DNA of 64,000 nt from Vulcanimicrobiota bacterium (GCA_963777315.1 CAVZQC010000001.1:384001-448000); one strand, 5' to 3'; shown: positions 47,909 to 58,130, counted from the stretch's first letter. The notes: generated by a model not told the origin, from the letters alone. Numbers and translations: made by a program.

Positions 47909-49325
47909 ATGGCCACTGAACTCAAGCCGAAAACCGTTCCGATCGACGATTACCGCCACGGCTTTCACGATCCCGAGCACTACATCTTCAAGTCCGAAAA
48001 GGGCCTGACCCGGGATATCGTCGAGCGCATCAGCGAGATGAAGAACGAGCCGCAGTGGATGCGCGACTTCCGGCTCAAGGCGCTCGAAATCTTTTTGAGC
48101 AAGCCGATGCCGACGTGGGGCGACACGGCGCTGCTTTCCGAGATCGACTTTTCGAACATCCACTATTTCGTGAAGTCGACCGATCGTGCGGAGCGCTCGT
48201 GGGACGACGTCCCCGACGACATCAAGCGCACCTTCGACCGTCTGGGCATTCCCGAAGCCGAGCGTAAATTTCTGGCAGGCGTGTCGGCGCAGTACGAATC
48301 CGAAGTCGTCTATCACAACGTCAACGAGGAACTCGAAAAGCTCGGCGTGCTCTTCTGCGACATGGACACTGCCGTCAAGCAGTATCCCGAGGTCGTTCAA
48401 AAATATCTGGCCACCGTCATTCCGCAGGCCGACAACAAGTTTGCCGCGCTCAATTCGGCGGTGTGGTCGGGCGGTTCGTTCATCTACGTTCCGCCGGGCG
48501 TCGAAGTCAAGATGCCGCTTCAAGCGTATTTTCGAATCAATGCCGAAAACATGGGCCAGTTCGAGCGCACGCTGATCATCGCCGACAAGGGCGCCAAGGT
48601 GCACTACATCGAGGGCTGCACGGCGCCGAAGTTTTCCACCAGCTCGCTGCACAGCGCCGTCGTCGAACTGATCGCGCTGGAAGACGCATCGATCCGCTAT
48701 ACGACCATCCAGAATTGGTACCGCAACATTTTCAACCTCGTTACCAAACGCGCCATGGCGTACAAGAACGCCACGGTGGAATGGGTCGACGGCAACATCG
48801 GCTCGCGCCTGACGATGAAGTATCCGGCCATCTATTCTGATGGGCGAGGGCGCTCGGGGTGAAATCCTCTCGATGGCGTTTGCCGGCGAAGGGCAGCATC
48901 AGGATGCCGGCGCGAAGGTCATTCACGGCGCGCCCAACACCACGTCGGTCGTAACCAACAAGTCGGTGAGCGCGCACGGCGGCAAGACCACGTATCGCGG
49001 CTTGGTCGAGATTTATCCGGGTGCGACCGGCGCCAAGACGCGCGTGAAGTGCGACGCGCTGATCATGGACGAGGAATCCTCCAGCGACACCAAGCCGACG
49101 ATGAAGATCCACGAACAGCGTTCGACCGTCGAGCATGAAGCCAGCGTGAGCAAGATCGGCGAGGAGCAACTCTTCTACGCCATGAGCCGCGGCTTGAACG
49201 AAGCCGACGCAACGGCGATGATCGTCAACGGCTTTTTCGACTTCTTCGTCAAAGAGCTTCCGATGGAGTACGCGGTCGAGCTCAACCGTTTGGTGAAGAT
49301 GGAGATGGAAGGCGCAGTCGGCTAG
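47909..49325 (+). CDS. sufB: Fe-S cluster assembly protein SufB (frameshift near 48836)
   Basis: [34 protein letters not shown] and TMKYP in one frame; CDAL and EHEASVSKI in the next. Confidence 0.95.
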
Positions 49326-49381
49326 CGACTGACGGCGATAGCTCGTAGGGTGAATCGCCCGCCGTTTTGAACAACCGCCTC

Positions 49382-49687
49382 GTGGCGAGCAAACCGGTAG
49401 CCAAAACTGGCGATATCTCCGAAGGCGCGACGCAGCGGGTGCTCGTCGAAGGCGCCGAAGTGCTGCTCTGCAAGTGCAACGGCGAGATTTACGCGATCGA
49501 AGACGTCTGCACGCACGACGGAGCGCCCCTGGACCAGGGCGAGCTGCAAGGCTGCGAGATAACGTGTCCTCGCCACGGCGCCGTTTTCGACGTGCGCACC
49601 GGTGCGGTGCTGGCGTTGCCGGCCGTCATTGCGCTTCCGACGTACACGGTACGCATCGAGGGCGATGACGTCTTCGTCGACCTCTAA
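49382..49687 (+). CDS. Rieske-type [2Fe-2S] ferredoxin
   Basis: CTH...CPRH Rieske ligands. Confidence 0.92.
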   Translation: MASKPVAKTGDISEGATQRVLVEGAEVLLCKCNGEIYAIEDVCTHDGAPLDQGELQGCEITCPRHGAVFDVRTGAVLALPAVIALPTYTVRIEGDDVFVDL

Positions 49688-51983
49688 ACCAAAGGTTCGG
49701 CGCTTTCCCGGTGTCGTCAGCCGAGCGCTGGCCATACTCATTTTGCTTCTTCTGCTGATCGTGCTGGCCTGGGCGGTATACGCTCTGGCAGGCATGCGCG
49801 CCGTGTCGCAAACCGCGGGGACGCTGCGCCTTGCGGGATTGATCGCGCCGGTTCGGATCGTTCGCGACGGCCGGGACATCCCGCACATCATCGCTGCGAA
49901 CGACCACGATCTGATGTTCGCACAAGGCTACGCCGAAGCTTCTGACCGGCTCTTTCAAATGGATCTGCTGCGGCGTTTCGTGTACGGCCGTCTTTCCGAA
50001 GTGCTCGGCTCCGCCGTGCTGCCCGCCGATGAAAATGCTCGCGTCGCCCCGATCGACGAGATCATCGACGCGCAGTGGGCGCGCATGAACGCGGGCGAGC
50101 GCGGCATGGTGCAGGCGTTCAGCGACGGCGTAAACGCCGCGATGGCGCGCGAACCGCTTCCGGTCGAGTTTCACCTTCTGCTGTACAAACCTGGGCCGTG
50201 GCATCCCAAAGACTCGCTTGCGGTCGGCATGGCGACGGTGCTCGATTTGATCGACCGGTGGGACGACGTGATTCGGCGCGACGCGGTCGCAAACGCGCCG
50301 AATGCCGCGCCTGCGGACGATCTCTATGCGATAACCGATCCCGCATACGATGCGCCGATCGATCCGCCGCGCGCCGTCCAACCCGTTGCGCCCCTGCCGG
50401 CGCGGCGGCACGTGCGACGCAGGGCGCGCGCCCCCAGCCTGCGACTCGACGCTCGACCCCCCGTCGGCAGCAACGAATGGGCCGTGGGCGCGCAGCGCTC
50501 CCTCACTGGGCGAGCGCTTTTAGCCAACGATCCGCACTTGCGTTTGGGCATTCCCGGCATTTGGTACGTCGTGGACCTGCATGCCGGCAACCTGCACGTT
50601 GCCGGCGCTTCGCTTGCCGGAACGCCCGGCGTCATTCTCGGGCACAACGGCAACCTCGCTTGGGGCGCAACGAACGCTACGGTAACGACCGAAGTCGTGT
50701 ATCGCGATTCGCTCGCGCACGCCGCTCGCAGAGTCGAAACGTTTCACGTGCGCTTCGGGCACGAAGTGCGGTTCGCGTACTATCGCACCAAACATGGTTT
50801 CGTTGCCGAGACGGCGCGCGGAGTCGCATACGCGGTCGACTGGAATGCCGTGCGTTTTCCCAGCACGCCGCTGACGGCTTTTCGGCGCTTGGACTATGCG
50901 CGCACCATCGCGCAGGCGCTGCGGGCCCTGCGCAGCTATCCCGGACCGCCGCAAAACTTCGTCCTGGCGGATCGCAGCGGGCGAGTCTCGTATCAGTTGG
51001 CCGGGCTCATTCCGCGCGATCCGCTCTGGGGTCTGCGCGTGCACTCCGGCGCGGATCCGCCGTATCCGTTCGTGGCGTTCGCGCAATTGCCGCACGTTTC
51101 CGCATCGCGAACGGCAAGCGTGTTTACGGCCAACAATCGCACGTACGGCGACGGCTATCCGCTGCGGTTGAGCCCGAATTTCGCCGCGCCGTATCGCGCC
51201 AAGCGCATCGAGCAACTGCTCTCCACCAAGGCACGCTTCGATGTCGCCGATTTTGCCGCTTTTCAGAACGACACGCTTTCGTTTCCCGAGCGCGACATCG
51301 CTCATGCCGCGCTTGCAGCGGTCAAACGCAAAGGTCTCGAACGCGATCCCACGTTGCGTGCGTATCTCGCGCAGCTCGCCGCATGGAACGGTCGCTTCGA
51401 TCCGGATTCGCGCGGCGCGCCCCTCGCGTGGGAGTTGCGCAGCGTCGCCGTTTCACAGCTGGATGCGTACAACGCGGGCGATGCTGCCGGCGCGTATGGC
51501 GCCAGTGCGGACGGCGCGGATCTCGTGCTGTTGATGCGCGTGCTGCGCGATCGCCCGCGAGGTTGGTGGCCGAACAGTAACTATGGCGGCCTGTTAATCC
51601 AGGCGCTGCGCACGGCGGTCCACACCTACGGTACGCGCATGCTCGAGCCGTGGGGCCGCTATGATGCGGTGACGGTCAAGCACCCCCTCGCGACGCTGGG
51701 ATTCTCGTTTTTGAACGGCGCAACGTTCGCCGGCGACGGCGACAGCTTCGGCTTGCACGTTCAGACTGCGACGCACTCGCAAAGCTTTCGCGCCGTGTGG
51801 GACGTGGGCAACTGGGACGCGGGCGGTTTGGTGATTCCCAGCGGTGAATCGGGCGAGCCGGCATCGGGCCACTACACCGACCTGAGCCCGGCGTGGATTG
51901 CGGGGCGACTAGTAGCGCTGCCGTTTACCGATTCGGCGGTACGCGCATCCGCGCGCGCGACGCTAACGCTAGTGCCGCGCTAG
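49665..51983 (+). CDS. Penicillin acylase family Ntn-hydrolase, N-terminally anchored
   Basis: IPHIIA, DRLFQMD, G-SNEW nucleophile, LLANDPHL and GESG..HY.D motifs. Confidence 0.9.
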   Translation: MTSSSTSKPKVRRFPGVVSRALAILILLLLLIVLAWAVYALAGMRAVSQTAGTLRLAGLIAPVRIVRDGRDIPHIIAANDHDLMFAQGYAEASDRLFQMDLLRRFVYGRLSEVLGSAVLPADENARVAPIDEIIDAQWARMNAGERGMVQAFSDGVNAAMAREPLPVEFHLLLYKPGPWHPKDSLAVGMATVLDLIDRWDDVIRRDAVANAPNAAPADDLYAITDPAYDAPIDPPRAVQPVAPLPARRHVRRRARAPSLRLDARPPVGSNEWAVGAQRSLTGRALLANDPHLRLGIPGIWYVVDLHAGNLHVAGASLAGTPGVILGHNGNLAWGATNATVTTEVVYRDSLAHAARRVETFHVRFGHEVRFAYYRTKHGFVAETARGVAYAVDWNAVRFPSTPLTAFRRLDYARTIAQALRALRSYPGPPQNFVLADRSGRVSYQLAGLIPRDPLWGLRVHSGADPPYPFVAFAQLPHVSASRTASVFTANNRTYGDGYPLRLSPNFAAPYRAKRIEQLLSTKARFDVADFAAFQNDTLSFPERDIAHAALAAVKRKGLERDPTLRAYLAQLAAWNGRFDPDSRGAPLAWELRSVAVSQLDAYNAGDAAGAYGASADGADLVLLMRVLRDRPRGWWPNSNYGGLLIQALRTAVHTYGTRMLEPWGRYDAVTVKHPLATLGFSFLNGATFAGDGDSFGLHVQTATHSQSFRAVWDVGNWDAGGLVIPSGESGEPASGHYTDLSPAWIAGRLVALPFTDSAVRASARATLTLVPR

Positions 51984-53080
51984 ACGGACTGCGCAAACAG
52001 CGGTACGGCGCGGCGTGACGCAGCCACGCCGCCTCCGCCCTTTTTCACGCCGTACATGGCCTTGTCGGCGCCCGAAAGCAGATCTTCGATCTTGCGCCCG
52101 TCGTGCGGATACGCGCTCCATCCGATGCTCGCGCCCACGACGAACGTATCGCCCTTGGCCGCGTACGGACGGGTAACGGCGTAGTGAAGCCGTTCGGCGA
52201 TCGAAGCGATCGACGAGCGAGTCACGGGCGGCGTGATGATGCACAAGAACTCGTCACCGCCCATCCGGTACACCATGTCCTCGTCCCGAAGTTCGGAGCG
52301 CAGGCGCGCGGCCGCACCGCGCAGGATCGCATCGCCGGCTGCGTGCCCGTGACGATCGTTCACCCGCTTAAATCCATCCAAATCCAGATACAGCACGCCG
52401 AAGGAACGTTGATCGCGCGAGGTGAGCAGCCGTGAAAGCGCGCCCAGCGCGGCGCGACGGTTTCCCGCACCGGTCAGCGCGTCGCGCAAAGCCGAGCGTT
52501 TGTAAAACGCGGCCGTGCGCGCCAAAAGCCATCCTGCGCACACCAAAACGAGCAGCGCCGCGGCCGCACCCAGAGAAGCCGTCACGCCGATTCGCGTGAG
52601 CATCAGCGTGCGAGCGCGCTGCTGCGCCAGCCGTTTGCGGTACGAAAGTTCGATCTTTCGATCGTGCGCGCGAAGCCGGTCGAAAAGAAACTTCTCGTGC
52701 GCAAGTTCGGCGATTGCTTCGCTCTGCCGCCCCTCGCGCACCAGCGCGATCAGGCGAGTGAAATCGGTTTGGACTGCGGCTACGCTTTTGCGATTCTGCG
52801 GATCGGCCGGCTCGGAGCGCAGTGCATGCAGCGCCGACCGGTAAACGTCCAGGAATTTCGGATCGCCGCCGGCGACGAACCCTCGCACGGCGGTTTCTTC
52901 ATCGACCAGAAGCAGCAATCTGCCCTGTTGGCGGTATCCGGCCGCGGCGATGGCCTGCTGACGCCCCACGCTTTGCTGCAGCAGAACGAAACCGGCGACG
53001 GAGCTCGTAAGCAGCGCCAGCACGACCGCGCAGCAGATCGCCGCACCCAGAATCGCGCGGCGCCCTTCAAAGGCCCTCAC
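51980..53080 (-). CDS. Diguanylate cyclase with CHASE3-like sensor
   Basis: Two TM segments, LVDEETAVRGF, DLDGFKRVND.HGH, RxxD I-site (RDED) and GGDEF. Confidence 0.9.
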   Translation of the reverse strand: MRAFEGRRAILGAAICCAVVLALLTSSVAGFVLLQQSVGRQQAIAAAGYRQQGRLLLLVDEETAVRGFVAGGDPKFLDVYRSALHALRSEPADPQNRKSVAAVQTDFTRLIALVREGRQSEAIAELAHEKFLFDRLRAHDRKIELSYRKRLAQQRARTLMLTRIGVTASLGAAAALLVLVCAGWLLARTAAFYKRSALRDALTGAGNRRAALGALSRLLTSRDQRSFGVLYLDLDGFKRVNDRHGHAAGDAILRGAAARLRSELRDEDMVYRMGGDEFLCIITPPVTRSSIASIAERLHYAVTRPYAAKGDTFVVGASIGWSAYPHDGRKIEDLLSGADKAMYGVKKGGGGVAASRRAVPLFAQSV

Positions 53081-53111
53081 GCTTTAGTTCTCGGCCGCAC
53101 GGCGTGCGAGC

Positions 53112-54059
53112 TTAACGCGCTTCGGACAGAAACGAGTAGATCCGCGGCCATGCTTGTTCCGATGCGAGCGCGTTGGCCTGCGCCGTCCCACCCAACATGA
53201 GCGTGACGGGACCCATGGGCGCTTGCGTCATCGGTCTGGCCGACGAGGAAAACAGAAAAAGGTGGCCCGCGGCGGGATACTGCAGGAAGACGTCGGCGTA
53301 CGGGTGGTGATGGTCGCGCAGATACTGCATGCCCATTTGCGACTGCGTGACCGAATCCCAAATCTGGTCGTCACCGCCGGCGAGCATCATCACCGGGCCA
53401 TGGATGTTTTCCAAATGGAACATCGCCGCCGGAATTTGCGATGCGTTCCGTTGCATCGAATCAACGTATCCGGGCCGCAAATCCAGCGTCTTGCCGCCGG
53501 TAAACGCGGCAGCGAACAGCTCGCCGATTTTCGGGGAGTAGGCGACGTACGGCAGCGGCTTGCCGGCCAGCGTCCAGGACGATTGCGGCGTTTCCGGCCC
53601 CTGTGGAATGCCTTGCCAAGCGAAAGGGCTGGGAACATCGGCGACGACGGCGTGAATTTGCGGATACGTCGAGGCCGCGGCAAGCGCGAATTCACCGCCT
53701 TTGGAGGCGCCCAGGATCGCGATGCGATTTGGATCGACGTCCCCGCGTTGGGCGAGCGCGGCCAGCGCTTTGCCGACCGTTTCGATCGGAATGTTTTCCA
53801 GACTTTGCGGCAGCCCGGGCAGACCGAAATACGCAACCGATGCAGCCACGTAACCGTGCTGCGCGATTTGGGGCGCGACATACGCCATCATGTCGCCGCC
53901 TTCGGAGCCGCCCAGCAGCAGAATCGCCGGATGCTTGCCCGAACCACTCGGCGTGCAGATCGTTCCGGTGAACGCGGTTGCCTTCGAGCAATTCGCGGGG
54001 AGTGCCGGCGCAGCGGGCGCGGTGCTTGCCGCCAGGATGAGCGCGAGCGTCGTGAGCAT
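53112..54059 (-). CDS. Secreted BAAT/acyl-CoA thioesterase-like alpha/beta hydrolase
   Basis: Signal peptide; GGSEGG, GASKGGE nucleophile elbow, DDQIW and AGH. Confidence 0.85.
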   Translation of the reverse strand: MLTTLALILAASTAPAAPALPANCSKATAFTGTICTPSGSGKHPAILLLGGSEGGDMMAYVAPQIAQHGYVAASVAYFGLPGLPQSLENIPIETVGKALAALAQRGDVDPNRIAILGASKGGEFALAAASTYPQIHAVVADVPSPFAWQGIPQGPETPQSSWTLAGKPLPYVAYSPKIGELFAAAFTGGKTLDLRPGYVDSMQRNASQIPAAMFHLENIHGPVMMLAGGDDQIWDSVTQSQMGMQYLRDHHHPYADVFLQYPAAGHLFLFSSSARPMTQAPMGPVTLMLGGTAQANALASEQAWPRIYSFLSEAR

Positions 54060-54073
54060 GGTAACTTCCTTTC

Positions 54074-54772
54074 TTACGGGGATTGCTGCGCGCGCTCGAT
54101 GGCGCGCTGTGCGAAAACGCCGCTAACGTATAAGGCGATGAACGCGTACAACCCGTACGCCGGCGCGAGAACCCAAGCGAATAGTCCGGCGGCCAGCGAG
54201 GCTGTAAAAACTTCCGAAAGCACTCCTTGAACGATCGACGCGCGCGCAGTGCCCTGCGGCGGCGCCGGAACGATGCGCGGGAAAAAGCGCGGCACCTGCG
54301 CGCAGTAGCGAGCAAACGCGGCGCCGTACTGCGCCTTCATCGCTGCTTCTTCGTGCCGAATGAGCGCAGCGATAAAGAATGCGTTTGCAACGGCGATCAA
54401 ACCCGCGCCCCACGGTGGTGCGAGCAGACCGAAACCCAGCGCCAGCAGCGCGTTGCCGACATACAGCGGATTGCGCGTGTAACGGAATGGGCCGCACACC
54501 AGCAGCGAATCGGTGCGCGCATCTCGGTTCCAGACGGTGTCGGCGCTCAAATAGCTCGATCCCCACGCGCGCACCGCTAAACACGCGAGCGTCGCCGCGA
54601 TCGCAAGCGCGAGCAGCGCCGGAACGCCCGAGTGGCCCAAGCGCGAACCGAGCACGGCGAACGTAGGAACGTAACGGTGACCCGCAGCCGTCGCCCAGCC
54701 GCCGAAAAAGCCGACGGCGTAGATCAGCGCAAACACGGCGGATCGCCACCGGTACCACCACGGCGAACTCAC
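54074..54772 (-). CDS. Isoprenylcysteine carboxyl methyltransferase-family membrane protein
   Basis: GPFRYTRNPLY, EEAAM and YCAQVPRF motifs. Confidence 0.85.
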   Translation of the reverse strand: MSSPWWYRWRSAVFALIYAVGFFGGWATAAGHRYVPTFAVLGSRLGHSGVPALLALAIAATLACLAVRAWGSSYLSADTVWNRDARTDSLLVCGPFRYTRNPLYVGNALLALGFGLLAPPWGAGLIAVANAFFIAALIRHEEAAMKAQYGAAFARYCAQVPRFFPRIVPAPPQGTARASIVQGVLSEVFTASLAAGLFAWVLAPAYGLYAFIALYVSGVFAQRAIERAQQSP

Positions 54773-55053
54773 GATGCGTTGCTCTGCTCGATCAGCGCTT
54801 GCATGTGCCGAACGTGATCGACGAACGCTTGACGACCGGCCGGCGTAAGGCGATAGCGCGTCTGCGGCCGGCGTTTGACGAACGTCTTTTCTTCGCCGAC
54901 ATACCCGTGCTCGACGAGTTTTGCCAAATGCGCGCCCAAGTTGCCGTTGGTCGTTTGCGTGGCCCGCTGTAATTGCGCGAATGCCACCCACTGCGCCGTG
55001 AGCAGTTCGGCGATCACGCCCAACCGAATCTTCGAGAGCAGCAGCTCGTCCAC
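54769..55053 (-). CDS. Winged-helix transcriptional regulator (ArsR/MarR-like)
   Basis: RLGVIAEL, TNGNLGAHLAKL..GYV and TRYRLTPAGRQAF motifs. Confidence 0.88.
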   Translation of the reverse strand: MDELLLSKIRLGVIAELLTAQWVAFAQLQRATQTTNGNLGAHLAKLVEHGYVGEEKTFVKRRPQTRYRLTPAGRQAFVDHVRHMQALIEQSNAS

Positions 55054-55643
55054 TACGCTGCCTCTTGCGGGCCCCGCCGGAGAAAGAGCAGTCCCGGCAC
55101 CGCGTAACCGAGCACGAATCCGCCCGCGAGCGCGTAACCCGGCATCTGCGGCAACGCATAGTTCGCCGCCAAAACGGAAGCCAGCAGCACGAGTCCTCCC
55201 ACCAGGCCGCGTCGATCTCCGCAGAAGCCGATGATCAGCATCATGATTGCCGCGCCCATGCTCCACACCGCCGCGCCGCCCCACCCGCCGAACACGTGCG
55301 GCTGCGCAAAGGCGGCGACGACCACGGTAAACCAGACGGCGCCCATCACTCGGCCCATCCGCATCTCGTTGAGCGACACGCGCTCGAAACTGCAGTTACG
55401 CTTTATCGAGACGCTCACCGCGATGGAGTACACGATTCCCAGAAACAAGGCCGCATAGGAGAGCCAAAGTCCGGCTTGACCGGCGACGTGTGAAAAATAC
55501 AGCTGCTGACCGGCGTCGATGCCGGCCGCGGCAAACCCCCACACGACGATCAACCCGGGGATCGGCCGAACCGGCTGCTCGTCGGCTTGGTTCAAAATGC
55601 GGTCCACCATTTCAAGGTGATTGCGGGCTTCGGAGGCGTTCAT
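55053..55643 (-). CDS. Hypothetical membrane protein co-transcribed with the wHTH regulator
   Basis: About six TM segments; SD AAGGAG. Confidence 0.8.
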   Translation of the reverse strand: MNASEARNHLEMVDRILNQADEQPVRPIPGLIVVWGFAAAGIDAGQQLYFSHVAGQAGLWLSYAALFLGIVYSIAVSVSIKRNCSFERVSLNEMRMGRVMGAVWFTVVVAAFAQPHVFGGWGGAAVWSMGAAIMMLIIGFCGDRRGLVGGLVLLASVLAANYALPQMPGYALAGGFVLGYAVPGLLFLRRGPQEAA

Positions 55644-55657
55644 GTGCGAGGCTCCTT

Positions 55658-55718
55658 TTAGATTAGTCTATAAAATAGATTGCTCTGCCAGCATACTCGC
55701 CGCGACGCCCGCCGTCAA
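55658..55718 (-). promoter_or_regulatory. Promoter and candidate operator of the membrane protein-wHTH-ICMT operon
   Basis: TTGACG-17 bp-TATGCT (55718-55690); AT-rich palindrome TCTAT-AAA-ATAGA just downstream of the predicted start site. Confidence 0.55.
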
Positions 55719-55747
55719 GCGGGCCGCAAGGTGCGGGCAAGCTCTCG

Positions 55748-55776
55748 TTGACAGCGTGCGCGCCCTGTTGTAACCT
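55748..55776 (+). promoter_or_regulatory. sigma70 promoter of rplU
   Basis: TTGACA-17 bp-TAACCT, ending 9 nt before the ATG. Confidence 0.7.
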
Positions 55777-55785
55777 TCCAAAGTC

Positions 55786-56103
55786 ATGTACGCCATCATC
55801 GAGACCGGGGGCAAGCAGTACAAGGTCGCGCAGGGCGACGTGATCAAGTGCGACTTACTCGAGGCGCCGGCCGGATCGGACGTTACCTTCGATCGCGTTA
55901 TTTTGGCCGGTGACGGCAGCGACGGCGTGTCCGTCGGGAATCCCACGGTCAGCGGCGCAACGGTAACCGGGACCGTCCTGCGGCAAGACAAAGACAAGAA
56001 AATTCTGGTTTTCAAGTACAAGCCCAAGAAGCGCGTGCGCAAACTCACCGGCCATCGCCAGCGGTTTGCCGAGGTCAAGATCACCAAGATCGACCTTCCG
56101 TAG
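55786..56103 (+). CDS. rplU: 50S ribosomal protein L21
   Basis: MYAIIETGGKQYKV and GHRQ motifs. Confidence 0.98.
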   Translation: MYAIIETGGKQYKVAQGDVIKCDLLEAPAGSDVTFDRVILAGDGSDGVSVGNPTVSGATVTGTVLRQDKDKKILVFKYKPKKRVRKLTGHRQRFAEVKITKIDLP

Positions 56104-56108
56104 AGGTC

Positions 56109-56447
56109 GTGCTCGAGGTCACGTTCGGCAAGGACGACCGCAACCGGCCGTCCTCTGTTTTTTCCAGCGGCCACGTCGAAATCGCCGCAACCAGTTCCGA
56201 CCGGTACTCCCTTGTGTGCTCGGCCGTGTCGAGCATACTTCAGGCGGCTCGCCTGGGTCTCGAGGCCCACGTTCGGCTTCCGCTCGAGGTAACGCAGCGT
56301 TCCGGCGAACTTTTCATGCGCTGGCCGAGCGAATTTCGGGACGACCAGCGGGTTATCGCGATCGTCGAAACGGCGCGCCTGTCGGTAGTGCAAATCGCCC
56401 GCCAGTATCCCAAGCACGTACGCGTGCGCGAGCAGCAGGAGGCGTAA
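56109..56447 (+). CDS. prp: Ribosomal-processing cysteine protease Prp (YsxB/DUF464)
   Basis: SGH and VCSAVS catalytic His/Cys; QIARQYPKHV C-terminus; follows rplU. Confidence 0.88.
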   Translation: MLEVTFGKDDRNRPSSVFSSGHVEIAATSSDRYSLVCSAVSSILQAARLGLEAHVRLPLEVTQRSGELFMRWPSEFRDDQRVIAIVETARLSVVQIARQYPKHVRVREQQEA

Positions 56448-56499
56448 GGGCAGCCCAGCAGGGTATGTATAGCCGCGAGATCACTTTTGGGAGGCCACT

Positions 56500-56790
56500 A
56501 TGTCAGAGACGTTCCGGCCGACGCCATCGGAACAGCAATGGTCCGGAAGCAACGGTTACAAGGGCACGTATGCGGAGAATGCCAGCGTGAGTTACGAGAA
56601 TACCGAAAATACCGGAGGGAACGAAGTCGGGAAGGCGCTGCTCGTGGGCGTCCTAGGCGGCCTGCTGTCCGCCGCGGGATACCTCGTGTATCAGCGGCTG
56701 CCCGAAGATCAAAAAGATCGCTTGCAGCAGCAAGGCAAACAGATGCTGCAGCAGCGCATCAACGAGGTCCGTCAGAACTTCAATATTTAG
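56500..56790 (+). CDS. Small single-TM hypothetical protein (YtxH-like architecture)
   Basis: SD GGGAGG; polar N-terminus, Gly-rich TM segment, Gln-rich helix. Confidence 0.75.
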   Translation: MSETFRPTPSEQQWSGSNGYKGTYAENASVSYENTENTGGNEVGKALLVGVLGGLLSAAGYLVYQRLPEDQKDRLQQQGKQMLQQRINEVRQNFNI

Positions 56791-56833
56791 CGGGCTCGTC
56801 CGGTAAACCCGGCGCCGGGGCACTTGGGGGATC

Positions 56834-57370
56834 GTGCAGCGCGCGATCCTCTTGTTTTGCATCATGTTTGCCGCGGGCGCCGGAGCAGCGCGCGCGCAAA
56901 ACGATCCGGTACCGCTTTATGCGCGCGCGTTGCGCGCATTCAATCCGGACTTGCAGCAAGGCCAGTCGCTGCTGTTTGCGCGCGAAGTCATCGCGCAGGC
57001 GGACGCGAACGCCTTGGACGCGCGTTTGCTCGTCGCCCTCATCGCGGTCGAATCGAACTGGCATCCCGAGGCCGTTTCTTCCGCAGGCGCCGTCGGACTT
57101 GCGCAGCTGATGCCTGCGACGGCGTACGGCTTAGGCGTACAGCCGGCGGATCCGCAAGCGAACATCCGCGGCGCAGCGCTGCACTTGCGTGCGCTGCTCG
57201 ACCGTTTTGCCGGAACGGACCGCACCTCGCAATACGCGTTCGCATTGGCGGCCTATAACGCGGGAACGGGCGCAGTCCAGCGGTACGGCGGCGTTCCGCC
57301 CTATCCGGAAACGCAGCGGTACGTCAGGTCGGTTCTTCACCTTTGGCGCCGTCTGTCGGGGCAGCAGTAA
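56834..57370 (+). CDS. Lytic transglycosylase (SLT domain)
   Basis: [18 protein letters not shown] and ETQRYV motifs; signal peptide. Confidence 0.92.
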   Translation: MQRAILLFCIMFAAGAGAARAQNDPVPLYARALRAFNPDLQQGQSLLFAREVIAQADANALDARLLVALIAVESNWHPEAVSSAGAVGLAQLMPATAYGLGVQPADPQANIRGAALHLRALLDRFAGTDRTSQYAFALAAYNAGTGAVQRYGGVPPYPETQRYVRSVLHLWRRLSGQQ

Positions 57371-57599
57371 CCGGCGGGGGTTCATCGATGACCTGCACTT
57401 CTTCGAACGGCGCGGGCGCCGGTTTGACGGGCTCGTTCACGTCGGCGGCGCGTTCCATCTCGCGGACGAACGACGCAGACGTGTTTTGGACTTCGCGCAT
57501 CACGCGGCCGGCTTGGCGCATGATGCCCGGAAGTTTCTGTTCGCCGAACACCAGCAGCGCCAGAACGCCCAGAATGGCCATGTCGGGAAGCGAGAGCAC
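57324..57599 (-). CDS. Twin-arginine translocase TatA/TatB-family subunit
   Basis: [26 protein letters not shown] segment, hinge and amphipathic helix. Confidence 0.85.
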   Translation of the reverse strand: MLSLPDMAILGVLALLVFGEQKLPGIMRQAGRVMREVQNTSASFVREMERAADVNEPVKPAPAPFEEVQVIDEPPPVTAAPTDGAKGEEPT

Positions 57600-57662
57600 C
57601 GTGGGAACTACACGCTGCGCGCAGCAGGGCCCTCCTGCGGCCCCGTGCAAGATGGGCGGCTC

Positions 57663-58130
57663 GTGAAAATCATCTACACGCGAGGCAACCGCACCGAAAC
57701 GCTTGCCTCGCTGGCGACGTTGCGGAAAATCCTGGCCCGCTTCGTTGCTCACCGCGTCTTTTACGAAATTTCCAGCCGCAACAAGCGCGGGCACGAGTTC
57801 TTTTCAGCCAAGAACGTTTTCGTGGTGGGATCGATCGAGGTCGTCAATCGCGATTATCTGACCATCACGATCTTTGACGCGCACAACCAAACGCATTCGA
57901 TCGAAATCCTCAACCCGGCCACGATGCGCATTTACGACGAAATGCCCGGCAAGGGTTTTGCCGTGTCGTTCATCAGCGATGGCGAAAGCGGCGTGGAATC
58001 ACGCTGTTATCTGCGCGACGAAGGCGAAGACGGCGATCCCGGCGTTAAACAATCGGCTCTGGAAAAGATCAGCCTGCCGCAGTTGTTCGAGTATTTGGAA
58101 GAGATCACATCGGCGGATTTGGTCAAGTAA
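57663..58130 (+). CDS. Hypothetical cytoplasmic protein
   Basis: 155-aa ORF with protein-like composition; no family recognised. Confidence 0.7.
   Translation: MKIIYTRGNRTETLASLATLRKILARFVAHRVFYEISSRNKRGHEFFSAKNVFVVGSIEVVNRDYLTITIFDAHNQTHSIEILNPATMRIYDEMPGKGFAVSFISDGESGVESRCYLRDEGEDGDPGVKQSALEKISLPQLFEYLEEITSADLVK

Noticed and set aside
49332..49368. Terminator between sufB and the Rieske gene
   Set aside because: The stem is imperfect with a large loop and only a short T-run, too weak to call.
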